Shown in pieces: positions 1 through 10,543 of a DNA stretch of 34,620 nt. The stretch is from Octopus bimaculoides. Lineage: Eukaryota. The position numbers and the translations under genes were made by a program. Within the stretch, counting starts at the first letter, position 1. The number at the start of each line of letters is the position of its first letter. The stretch covers positions 83,244,515 to 83,279,134 of the forward strand of contig NC_068988.1 in assembly GCF_001194135.2 (NCBI RefSeq). Direction: 5' to 3'. Below the pieces are notes generated by a model that was not told the DNA's origin, searched no databases, and saw only the letters and a program-made list of their open reading frames with translations.

Positions 1-290
1 CGCTTGCCCCAATAAGTCTTCGCAAGCTGAGTTTCGTGTCCAATGAAGTAGACGGCGTTGGCATGGGTGCCAGTTGTCGAATTTAACTCGATTTCGATTT
101 CACTTGCCTCAACAGGTCTTCGCAAGTAGAGTTTAGTGTCCAATTTAACTCGATTTCGATTTCACTTGCCTCAACAGGTCTTCGCAAGTGGAGTTTAGTG
201 TCCAATTTAACTCGATTTCGTTTTCACTTGCCTCAACAGGTCTTCGCAAGTGGAGTTTGGTGTCCGATGAAGGAAGGTACGCATAAGTGG
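1..290 (-). mobile_element. 3' UTR fragment of the RTE-type LINE family also seen at the window end
   Basis: Reverse complement of 269-290 (CCACTTATGCGTACCTTCCTTC) matches the 3' UTR at 34598-34620 (CCACTTATGTGTACCTTTCTTTC). Assigning the rest of the segment to this family is inference. Confidence 0.6.
80..265. repeat. 62-bp tandem repeat, 3 near-identical copies
   Basis: Unit AATTTAACTCGATTTCGATTTCACTTGCCTCAACAGGTCTTCGCAAGTRGAGTTTAGTGTCC starts at 80, 142 and 204. Confidence 0.95.
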
Positions 291-767
291 ACTCGAGTGT
301 CTGGTAAAATACTTTGTGGCATTTAGTTATAAATCTTTACATTGTTCCACAATAACTTTGTAACGAGGGTAAAAAAATTGCAGCGCTGAAATTTATGGAA
401 AACTATTCAAAATGAATGAAGTTATGATTCGGTATTTTTCATGCACTTCTATAGTTAATGTCGTGATTTTCAATGATTAGGCATGGATTTAATTAATCAA
501 CAACAGACAGTTTCATCTTTATCCACTCTACAGTTAATACTTCATTCAGCTCTGTAATTACAATACGTCAAGTATACATCAATCAACGAACATATCAACA
601 ATTCGAGACTTTCTGTTTGCCATGTAAAACCTAGAGGAAAAGGGGCGCCACGTCTTCCTACAAATGTTCACACTCAAAAATGTAGGAGCATGAAAAAGCT
701 GCAAAGTTAGCAGAGTTACGTCCCTTGAAAGAAAGCTACTTGTAAATGCTAATCGTTTTATTGAAGA

Positions 768-1292
768 CTAGCTTAATAGCCGCACTCCGTGCGGACTTTT
801 AAGCTAACTCCTGCAGAGGGCTAGTGGTCCCGAGGCCCAAAACTAAACAGAGCTAAATAGTATGACTATAATACGTCTATAATGGTTATATGCCCCGGTG
901 GTGTTTGGATGAAAATTAATTCTGTAATGCAATCATTCTATTGTTCCAGTCCCAAGTTGAATTCCAACCGTTGGCCAATTTGTCCCAAAGTTCTTATCTC
1001 GACGTAAAATTAACGAAGGGAATGTCATTTATCTCTCCTTGATTCCTGACGTCATCTGACAAAAGCCAACTAAGATGGTTTGAATCAGCTAAGCTTTACC
1101 AGCTAGAAATAGCAACCCAAATGCTTTTAAATCAGATCCCAATGCTGGATGTTCAAGAACCAAATGAAGAGCAGATTTTCAATCCCAGTATCATTCTGAT
1201 TTCAAAAAGTTATATGTCTATGTAGAGCAAATGTAGACTGAGATACTGGGGTCCCGGATGGACAGACAGAATTTCGCTTTTATTATTATAGA
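768..1292 (-). mobile_element. non-autonomous Helitron (525 bp)
   Basis: On the minus strand: 5' TC end (A|TCTATAATAATAAAAGCG at 1292), 3' CTAG end (768-771) followed by T, and a GC hairpin CCGCAC-TCC-GTGCGG (780-794) 8 nt from the CTAG. Insertion between A and T with no TSD. These are the established Helitron end signatures. Confidence 0.75.
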
Positions 1293-1329
1293 TGTGAAAA
1301 ATACTGCATTTAATATTTAATCATTGATT

Positions 1330-1550
1330 AAGGCAATAAGCTGGCTCAATCATTTGCATACCGGGCAAAATGCTTCATGGCAGTTCATCAGTCTTTACGT
1401 TCTAAATTCAAGTCCATGGAGGTCGAATTTGCCTTTAATCATTTCAGGGTCAATAAAATAAGTACCAGTTAAGCACTGGGATGGGTGTAATCATCTTACC
1501 CCCTCTCCCAAAATTGCTGGCCTTTTTTGCCCAAATTTGAAATAAATATT
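1330..1550 (+). mobile_element. tRNA-derived SINE (octopus OK/OR-like family), degenerate
   Basis: AAGGCAATAAGCTGGCTCAATC head with A-box-like and B-box-like (AAATTCAAGTCC) motifs, central GGTCGAATTTGCCTTTAATCATTTCAGGGTCAATAAAATAAGTACCAG, tail AAATTGCTGGCC...AAATTTGAAAT. A homologous copy follows directly. Confidence 0.75.
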
Positions 1551-1563
1551 TTAGTTATTGATT

Positions 1564-1721
1564 AAGGTGGCAAGCTGACAGAACTGTTAGCACGGTAAGC
1601 AGAATGTTCAGTGGCAATTCATCTGTCTTTACGTTATGAGTTCAATTGCTACTGGAATCAATGTAATCGACCTATGCCTCCTAAAATTGCTGGTCTTGTG
1701 CCAAATTTTGAAACCAATATT
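1564..1721 (+). mobile_element. second copy of the same SINE, central domain deleted
   Basis: AAGGTGGCAAGCTGACAGAACTGTTAGCAC head, GAGTTCAATT B box and AAATTGCTGGTCTTGTGCCAAATTTTGAAACC tail align to 1330-1550, with the middle missing. Confidence 0.75.
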
Positions 1722-1723
1722 TA

Positions 1724-1780
1724 ATTGTTGACTTATCCCCCTGCCATAAATTGCTGCCCTTGTACCAATGCTAGAAATTA
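1724..1780 (+). mobile_element. 3' tail fragment of the same SINE
   Basis: GACTTATCCCCCTGCCATAAATTGCTGCCCTTGTACCAATGCTAGAAA aligns to the tails of the two preceding copies. Confidence 0.6.
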
Positions 1781-1863
1781 TTTAATTGAACATTAATACT
1801 TCGCTTCTTTTCTTTTAATGAGTTTGTAGGAGACTGAGGAAGTTGACAAAGCTTGTTGAAGAA

Positions 1864-1865
<2 letters not shown>

Positions 1866-1930
<65 letters not shown>

Positions 1931-1933
1931 TTA

Positions 1934-1966
<33 letters not shown>
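1866..1966. repeat. (CT)n microsatellite
   Basis: About 100 bp of CT repeats, directly visible. Confidence 0.98.
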
Positions 1967-2380
1967 GTTACTACTATGTATTTGGTGTCGCTAAAGACTA
2001 TCGAGATGGTTGAATGGACTTGACCATTTGACTTTAATGAAAGTGCACTAATCTAAAAATAGAAGCAATTCCAGTCCTTCCAAAATTCTTTGTCAGTCAG
2101 ATCCCTTCTGTCATTCAGACTACTAAAACCAGGTTTTTGCCAACGGAGCAAAATTATTTATTTTCTCTTTGATATTTAATGTTTATTGTTACGTTGCTCG
2201 ATTTTTGGAATATCCGTCCCACATAAGTTAGAATTCTTCCCTTTTGGCCGGAATCTTTCATTGCTTCATCCATTTTATTCAAATTCATGCATGCACACAC
2301 ACACACACACACACGTACACATACACATACACATACATGTATTTTTTTTATATATAATGTCTTTTGAACTTAGCACTTTT

Positions 2381-2441
2381 AGCGCTTTTCTAGGTTAGCA
2401 CTTTTCTAGGTTAGCACTTTTCTAGGTTAGCACTTTTCTAG
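2381..2441. repeat. 16-bp tandem repeat (AGCACTTTTCTAGGTT) x about 3.8
   Basis: Units start at 2381, 2397, 2413 and 2429. Confidence 0.95.
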
Positions 2442-2937
2442 TATCTCCACGTGATGTCGTAATGCTTTCCTTCAGAGTCTATGTTATGTCTTGCAACAGA
2501 GTTGCAACATTGCTCCACAATTAGATGTTAATTGAGGACCTGTGGTTTCTTTTTAATCTGGTACAGAAGGGATCTTCCATGATGTCAACGTATATCCGCT
2601 CATTTGTCGCCCAACTGGGATTCTATGACATGACTTCCACATCATAGACATCAGTTTCTGCTGTAACGAGGCTTAGATTCAAAATTGCATCAGCTCAGTA
2701 ACAATCATTAAGTGATCTCTGCCTAATTGTTAGCCAATAGTATTTTAGCTGTCATAATTCGATTGTATAATTTCGAACAGAAATTTCCATGCATTTCCGC
2801 CAAAATATGGTCATAGATATAGAAGCGTAAGACAATAAGTGCAGAAGTTGAGAAGTCCCAAAGAAGACAGGTTAACAGGATTCTTGGTTGGCTGCTCAAC
2901 CTTGGATTAAAAAGAATCACTATCACTTTATCTACAT

Positions 2938-3268
2938 CAGTGATTCTTAACCAGGATCCATATGGCCCTTGAGGGTTTATATAAGATTTTGGGAGGTCCA
3001 TGCAACAAAATAGAAAATTGAGGATCTACAATAGTATTTTTTTCTTTAGATGTATGTATTGGTATGCTTTTCAAGAAGCTGCAAAGTTTCTTTCTCTAAT
3101 ATTTTACATAGTTCAACTTACACAAGTTAATGTGTGAAAAAGAAAAGAAATTTTGAAAGAGGTTTCTATATAACTAGTTTTTAAATATCAAATAGCTATG
3201 GGGGTCCACCTGAATAAAATAATAATCAGAGGGGTCCATAGATAAAAAAAAATGACTGAAAACCCCTG
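2938..3268. mobile_element. hAT (Charlie-like) MITE, 331 bp
   Basis: Degenerate TIRs CAGTGATTCTTAACC and GACTGAAAACCCCTG. The 8-bp flanks ATCTACAT (2930-2937) and GTCTACAT (3269-3276) match 7/8 and resemble the NTCTAGAN target of Charlie-type hATs. Confidence 0.7.
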
Positions 3269-3851
3269 GTCTACATGAACACGATGTTCTCACTTCTCCA
3301 AGCACTGACACAGAACACTCTAAATTCTCACACAGAGATGTAGTTGTCTAATTCTTGGCCAACATACAACATAACTCACTTTTCTAAAAACTTTTTCATA
3401 ACTCTTTTCTAAAATGCTGTAATGTGGTTGGAAGAAATTTCCCACACATAAAACTATCAATTCATAAACTTGTTCTCTTCTCCAGTCTTGCAAAGTGATG
3501 CAAGAAGCTGCCAAAATTTTCTGCTAGATTCAGTTTTTATGTTATGTTTTATCAGTCAAGTCAGTATCAAATATAAATTGAAATCGTGATAATTCAGTTA
3601 CATGATGTATCTCTTTCCAGCTATTCAGTAGGTGTATATCAAAGTGTAAGCATTTGATGAATATCTTTAACAATTTGATCACCATCGTAAATCTTTTTTC
3701 ATAATAAGCTAGTACAACTTGTGGTTTTCATTTCCTCATCTGCTTATTCAGAAACTATTCTTTAATTTGAAATTGAATGTCACCACTTGTTTGCAAAAAA
3801 TTGTAATCTACTATGCTTATACATATGCATGCACACAGACCTATGCGCATG

Positions 3852-3882
<31 letters not shown>

Positions 3883-4039
3883 TGGAGATCTTGTAATTTT
3901 CATTTTCTATCTGGTTCATGTTCCTACCACTTTTCTGTTACTTTGAAGTCACACATTTGGCTAACATCTCAACACACTCTTTTGCCTACCCAAGTCATGT
4001 CTGCATTTATACTCCTTTTGTATTAGTATACTGCACTCA

Positions 4040-4677
4040 CTCAAAACACAATGCCTTTTGCATCCTAAAAAACTGAGGCCATCACTTTCCCTGCAGATGA
4101 AACGACCTTGGCCTTCTATGGTGCAGGTGAGAAGGGGTGTTTCTACTACATGGATTGTCTCTTTGTCTCTGGCTCAAAGTGATGAACCTAAACTATCATC
4201 CTGGCATAGGAAGCATACAAGGACACCAGCTGGATTAGCCTGAAACAATGTCAATTTTTTCCATGATATGATCAGCCTGATGAGCTTTCACTCAGGCTTC
4301 AGAAGGAGTGGCACCCACCAAGCAGAAACATTTGTCATGCTAAGTACATTGTGCAGAATATTCTCAAATCTGCCATGTGATATGCTAATAGCATCGGTTA
4401 TTTGATTTATAGTCAACTGACTGTCATCTATTACCATGTGGTGAACACAATCAATGTTTTCTCTAGTAATGACAGTTGCAGGATTTACAGACTTTTAGTT
4501 ATCTTCAAGACTCTTCCTTCCCTTCCTAAATTCAGCTGCCCGCTTTGGCACTGTTGATAAAGTTGGAGCGTCATCCCCTAATGTAGCGACCATCTCAGCA
4601 AAAATGTTGTTGGAGACTAAATCCTTTTTCTGCAGGCACTTGATAACATCACAATGCCAATTTTTGTCAACTTTCAA
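4040..4677 (-). pseudogene. mariner transposase, N-terminal HTH to first catalytic region, multiple stops
   Basis: Translates VIKCLQKK...EMVATLGDDAPTLSTVPKRAAEFRKGRKSLED (HTH) and QDDS*VHHFEPETKRQSM**KHPFSPAP*KAKVVSSAGKVMASVF*DAKGIVF, matching mariner TxDETWVHHFEPE...AGKVMASVFWD motifs. Confidence 0.9.
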
Positions 4678-4838
4678 GAGAATTTACTCCTTCTTTTGTT
4701 AGTTTCCAAGTCTTCTTCTGGAAAGAAACAATGCAGTTATCAATAAAAAGGTTTGAAATTAATGCATGCAAGAATTTCACAGCTCTAGCATCAGTCCTTC
4801 ATTGTTATGCAATGAACCTTTCAGCCCACTCTCATGTG
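4040..4838 (-). mobile_element. Tc1/mariner (mariner-type) DNA transposon, 3'-truncated
   Basis: One TIR-like end (TA|CACATGAGAGTGGGCTGAAAGGTTC) next to a TA run, followed by a decayed transposase. No second TIR seen. Confidence 0.85.
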
Positions 4839-4846
4839 TATATATA

Positions 4847-4887
<41 letters not shown>

Positions 4888-6090
4888 NNNNNNNNNNNNN
4901 NNNNNNNNNNNNNNNNNNNNNNNNNNNNNNNNNNNNNNNNNNNNNNNNNNNNNNNNNNNNNNNNNNNNNNNNNNNNNNNNNNNNNNNNNNNNNNNNNNNN
5001 NNNNNNNNNNNNNNNNNNNNNNNNNNNNNNNNNNNNNNNNNNNNNNNNNNNNNNNNNNNNNNNNNNNNNNNNNNNNNNNNNNNNNNNNNNNNNNNNNNNN
5101 NNNNNNNNNNNNNNNNNNNNNNNNNNNNNNNNNNNNNNNNNNNNNNNNNNNNNNNNNNNNNNNNNNNNNNNNNNNNNNNNNNNNNNNNNNNNNNNNNNNN
5201 NNNNNNNNNNNNNNNNNNNNNNNNNNNNNNNNNNNNNNNNNNNNNNNNNNNNNNNNNNNNNNNNNNNNNNNNNNNNNNNNNNNNNNNNNNNNNNNNNNNN
5301 NNNNNNNNNNNNNNNNNNNNNNNNNNNNNNNNNNNNNNNNNNNNNNNNNNATATATATATATATAATATAAATAATATACACATGCATGTATGGGTACAG
5401 GACATCACCAACAGTAAACAACATGAAATACGAAAACAAATGAGTTCAATACGCAAACAACAAGAGAAACAAATGGAAAACAGGATAAGTAACATAAAGA
5501 ACGACCCTTCATCAGTTTCCAGTCGTCTATCTACTCCCCATTTCAAGCATTGAACAACAATATGAGTCTTCGAAGACAGTTGCTCCCATAAGTACCAAAT
5601 TAGAATTTGGGATTTATGGAGGAACAAAAGTTGGGAACAAAAACAGGACAGTGGAGACATACAAGGAAACCAAATGAAAACAAACATGGAAAGTCGTTAG
5701 ACCAGAAAGAGGGTAAAACAGAGAACGCTGGAGAAATATTTTCTTTGACAAGAGAAAAGATAGATAGATTGTCAGCATGGAAAAAATAGCCTACATACAA
5801 AAACAAATATATACATGAACAAAAAAACCAATGCCACACCAGACGTGCAGTCAAAATATTTAAAAGGTAACAAATATATACAGTGCAGAAATTCAGTCTC
5901 AGAATCCTGGCTTCACCAACTTGATTTCACAAACTTGGATCCAGAACTCTGGATTCACAATTTTTGGTTTCACCAAAATTGGCCTCACACAAAACCTGGC
6001 CTCACAAATTTGGTTTTTCAAAAAGATGGATTCTAAAAATTTGGATTTCATAAAATCTGAATTTCCATTTTAGTACAAATTTGGTTTTCA

Positions 6091-6284
6091 AGCCTTGGAT
6101 TTCGAACCTTAGATTCCAAACCTTGGATTTCGAACCTTGGATGTTGAACCTTGGATGTCGAACCTTGGACTTCAAACCTTAGATTTCGAACCTTGGATTT
6201 CGAACCTTGGATTTTGAACCTTGGATTTCGAACCTTGGATTTTGAACTTTGAATGTCGAACCTTGGATGTCGAACTCAGATGTG
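6091..6284. repeat. 14-bp minisatellite (AACCTTGGATTTCG) x about 14
   Basis: Units start every 14 bp from 6091 to 6273. A more degenerate related periodicity lies upstream at about 5905-6090. Confidence 0.95.
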
Positions 6285-6341
6285 ACATGGAAATTATTTT
6301 AAATCTGACAAAAGTTCTGGCAAATTCCTGCAGCATAAAAG

Positions 6342-6638
6342 AAATCCATAAATACCTAACACAAAGTGCATAAACTAAGCAGGCAATCATAGCTTCCAGA
6401 ACCCAATTGAACAACTTTGTCTCACAGAAAAAAACTGTCACAAAAAAACCAGGGGGTACAATTATCTCTGCTTATACAGGTTTGCCAAGGTCTAGCCAAT
6501 TTGTTATAGTTTCACAGTTTTGGCTAATAACACCTAGCTTCCCCCATTTTGGCAATGGACTTCATTCTGACCTTACAGTGTAGCATGAAAAACTGTTTAC
6601 CTGTTTAACTTAACATTATAATTTATAATTTCCTAACA
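6342..6638. repeat. about 300-bp direct repeat, copy 1
   Basis: Near-identical to 7388-7697, differing by a few substitutions and small indels. Confidence 0.95.
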
Positions 6639-7387
6639 TTCCTTTCCCCTTAAAAGGGAAAATTTTTATACACAAACAATTTTCAGAAAGATACAATACC
6701 ATCCAGAAAATACAAAAGTCAAATATATACTTGTACATAAAATATATACATGGTAAGTGCTAACACCTGGATAGTGCATCTGCAGGTAAATTAGCATTTC
6801 CTGTGATATGACAAATATGCAAACTAAATTGTTGCAGGTACAAGCTCCACCTCAGAATCCTCTGATTAGTGCCTTTCACCTTATTAATGAAAACTAAGGG
6901 ATTGTGATCTGTGTAGACAGTGGTGGGATTTCAACTTATATAAATTTGAAAGTGCTGAACTGTCACACAAGAGCTAAATACTCTTTCTCGGTGGTAGAGT
7001 AATTCTTCTGACAAGAATGAAACTCCCTAGAAAAGTATGCTACTAGAAAAGTATGCTACTGGCATGCTTGTAACAAAACCACTCCAGTACCTACATCAGA
7101 CATGTCAGTCATCAATGAGAATGGTTTCTCAAAATCAGGCGCTTTTAAAACCGGGGAATTTGGTAAAACTGACTTAAATTTCTCAAAAGCTGTTTCACAC
7201 TCTGATGACCACTTCATGGTTTGGGTCTTTTTTTAACAAATTTGTCAACAGTTCTGCAATAATAGAAAAGTTTTGCACGAACTTACAGTAAAAACCAATC
7301 ATTCCCAAAAATTGTTTGATCTGATGTTTGTCGTGGGTCGCGGAAAATCTGATATGACCTTACCCTGTCCTAGCAAAAATTTCTCCC

Positions 7388-7693
7388 AAATCCATAATTG
7401 CCTAACACAAAGCACAAAGTGCATAAACTAAGCAGGCAATCATAGCTTCCAGAACCTAATTGAACAACTTTGTCTCACAGAAAAAACTGTCACAAAAAAC
7501 CGGGGGGGAGGGGGGTACAATTATCTCTGCTTATACAGGTTTGCCAAGGTCTAGCCAATTTGTTATAGTTTCACAGTTTTGGCTAATAACACCTAGCTTC
7601 CCCCATTTTGGCAATGGACTTCATCCTGACCTTACAGTGTAGCATGAAAAACTGTTTACCTGTTTAACTTAACATTATAATTTATAATTTCCT

Positions 7694-7697
<4 letters not shown>
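7388..7697. repeat. about 300-bp direct repeat, copy 2
   Basis: Near-identical to 6342-6638. Followed directly by a (TA)n run. Confidence 0.95.
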
Positions 7698-7732
<35 letters not shown>

Positions 7733-7735
<3 letters not shown>

Positions 7736-9367
7736 ACTACATATGTGGAAAATCGGTGTGTGTTTGTTTGTAGCGTTGCTAGCTAACTCCTCCTACATTC
7801 TTTCATTGATTTTCATGAAACTTGACACATGAGTAGAACTCCTGTCTGGAAACCTCGTGACATACTTAGATTGTTGAATACGGCCCCTGGAAGGGATCTT
7901 TATATATACCTCATATGATTAATTTTTTTTAAACACCCAAGGGAAATAACCCATACCACCTGCACTTACAGTTGTTAGTTTTTAGCGAAGCGATCAATAT
8001 TTGATTCTCACAATCAGCAGACCTAATTCTGCATTTCTCTACTCACAATTTTCAACTGCTAAACTTTATTATTGCACTTTCTTGATGCATGTACACTTTC
8101 AATGCCCATAACTCTGATAATTCTGTATGCTTCCAGTTAAAATTTTTCGATGACTACATAAAATTTTGATTCCAGAACGTATTTTATGAGTGTGTCCCAA
8201 TACAATGAACTCATACTACGAATGCTTAAAATTCTTAAAAAATGAAACCAAACTTCCACACCACATTCAGTTGGGACACCCTGTATCACTTATACTTATT
8301 TTAGAAATCATAATATTTATTGCTTATTTACAGTTCATACATTTTCATGAAATTAATTGAGCTATCAAATTTAGAAATATTTTACAGGTTTCATTGTTTA
8401 TGTTTGATTACTTTCAATATTGATTTTTTGTGTGTCCAATTTCTAATTTTTGCAGACAATATCACTTTTATACTTTATTTGACACGTGAGTAGCACTCAT
8501 GTCCGGAAACCTCGTAACATACTTAGATTGTTGAAAAAATTGATAATAGGGCCTCTCCAATGGATCCTTCTATCTACTACATATTACTAATATTTTATTT
8601 AAACAACCCAAGTGAAATAACCCATACCACCTGCACTTTTTAGCATAACGATCAATATTTGATTCTCACAATCAGCCGACCTAATTTTGCATTTACTACT
8701 CAGTTTTGAACTGCTAAATATTATTATTGCACTTACTTGATTTGAATCTTAAAGACTTCATTCTTACATTTCTATACATACATACTTTTTTGAATGCCCA
8801 TTACTCTGATAATTCTGCATTTTTACAGTTACATTTTTTCCATGACAGTAGATAAATTTTTTATTTCACAATGTATTTGTAGTGGCTTCATGCAGACATA
8901 GCATTGATTCGATCCTCGATTGCCAAATTTCACTTAACACTTCAACAGTGCTTTTCTCACGGTAAAACAATAGTTTTTCTGTGAATGACAGCAATTATAC
9001 ATTTCCCAGATGCCTTCGCTAAAAAGAATAATGTCTTTGCCACTTGACCCTTCTAACCTCTTCTAGGTCACCAGGTGCTGGAATGGAGATAACAGACCTC
9101 CAATGAAATAATTTGTTCTCAACAATATGACTATCCTTCTGACTGCTTTTCAATAGTTATAAAAACAAGAACTCCGTAAACTAAAGGCAGTTACTGAGAG
9201 CGACCATCAGTGAGTGTGAACGTTATTATTGCACTTTATTTCATTCTTAAACATTAAACACTTCATTCATATATTTATATACATATACACTACATTTATA
9301 TATTACCTTTAATAGATTAGCCTTCATAAAGTTCACCTTTATGAAGGTCAGAAAAAATAGCCACTAG
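7733..9367 (+). mobile_element. non-autonomous Helitron (about 1.63 kb) with internal duplication
   Basis: A|TCTACTAC 5' end at 7733, CTAG|T 3' end at 9364-9367, and a perfect 11-bp hairpin CCTTCATAAAG-TTCAC-CTTTATGAAGG (9321-9347) 16 nt upstream of the CTAG. Internal diverged direct repeat about 7822-8184 vs about 8479-8878. Confidence 0.75.
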
Positions 9368-9434
9368 TATATTTGTCAACAGAATGTGTATATTAATGAA
9401 AGTATACAGTATTTAGATCCATTTCAGTCAAGCA

Positions 9435-9932
9435 TACCAATCAGTTTTTCATGAGATGTTAGATAATGGAACGATTATCTAACATATAGGCTCTTCAAGG
9501 ATGGTAGGTATGGAAAAAATATGTTGACTGCTCTCTTTTAAAAGGGGGTGAGAATAAGTGACATTAGCTCTACCTCATGTACGACTGTCCTGTTAAGGGG
9601 ACATTTGGTATTGCCTCATCATGAGCATCCTGCCTCTGTCTTAGGTATAGGCTCACCTACTAATATTTTCTTCATACTAGGTGCACAGCTAAAAAAACTC
9701 TTAAAGTGTGTCTATTAAAAATTTTACAGAATCTATTCATATCTTACGAAAGTGTTTATCCATTATGCTTGGGAAAATCTTACCCACACAATTTTTGTCT
9801 TTTCCACAACACCCACTCTGCCTTAATAGCAGAGAACAGCCACCATATTGTTTCCATACCTGCTATCCCTGAAGAGCACGTACATTAGAAAACTGTCCTG
9901 TTATCTAACATCTGGTGTGAAACTGATTGGTA
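9435..9932. mobile_element. long-TIR MITE / foldback-like element flanked by TA
   Basis: 9435-9536 aligns without gaps to the reverse complement of 9831-9932 at 80/102 identity (hand count). Both ends carry TA outside CCAATCAGTTT. Confidence 0.8.
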
Positions 9933-10017
9933 AGAACAACTTTAAAAGTTCCATAATACTGTATACTTTTATTAATAAGTATATAATTTTTTTTTAAATC
10001 AGTATTTGCACTATGTA

Positions 10018-10237
10018 CAGTGAGATCTGGAATGAATATTTGCATATTTATTATATGCAAATGTAATAAATGTAATAAATAAGCAGATTGAGATGCAAAA
10101 TATGCTAGGCGCTGCAGTGTATTTCAAAGGAAAGTAACATTTCTTTTTTAAGATGACAGTGTTTTCAACAGACTTGGCTCTTTGGCACTTGATTCCAGGA
10201 CACCAGTGTTTCAATATGCTTGTTTCAGATCTCACTG
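10018..10237. mobile_element. Tc1-like MITE, 220 bp
   Basis: Perfect 12-bp TIR CAGTGAGATCTG (10018-10029) / CAGATCTCACTG (10226-10237), continuing imperfectly inward. Left flank TA, right flank CA. Confidence 0.55.
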
Positions 10238-10344
10238 CAGACAATGCAAATAATGATTTTTCACTGGTTGGCAGATATAAGCAACAACCTCCTTCAGCGA
10301 ACACTACAGTGATTAGCATCTGAACCTCCATAAACGTAGTATTT

Positions 10345-10497
10345 GCATGACTGTGTGGTAAGAAGCTTGCTTCCCAACCACATGGTTCTGGGATCAATCC
10401 CACAGTGGGGCACCTTGGACAAGTGTCTTCTACTATAGCCTCAGGCTGGCCAAAGCCTTGTGAGTGGATTTGGTAGACAGAAACTGAAAGAAGCCCA

Positions 10498-10543
<46 letters not shown>

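Noticed and set aside
4058-4243. Plus-strand ORF resembling a host exon
   Set aside because: It is the antisense of the mariner transposase.
5380-5520. Minus-strand CTGATGAAGGGT...ACCC as a hammerhead ribozyme
   Set aside because: No GAAA follows the putative stem II (the sequence reads ACCCATAC), so the catalytic core is incomplete. The 5351-5860 region stays unclassified.
4766-5687. Long ORFs spanning N-gaps (also around 14051-14507 and 29536-30011)
   Set aside because: Their length comes from translated Ns and dinucleotide repeats.
7110-7365. Possible hAT MITE (ATGGTTTCTCAAAA...GTGGGTCGCGG)
   Set aside because: Only one degenerate TIR-like end and no TSD could be identified.
9780-9900. 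Minus-strand Cys/Gly-rich frame (VWKQYGGCSLLLRQSGCCGKDKNCV) ending at a GTAAG donor
   Set aside because: It lies mostly within one arm of the 102-bp TIR element. No recognisable protein family and a weak acceptor.
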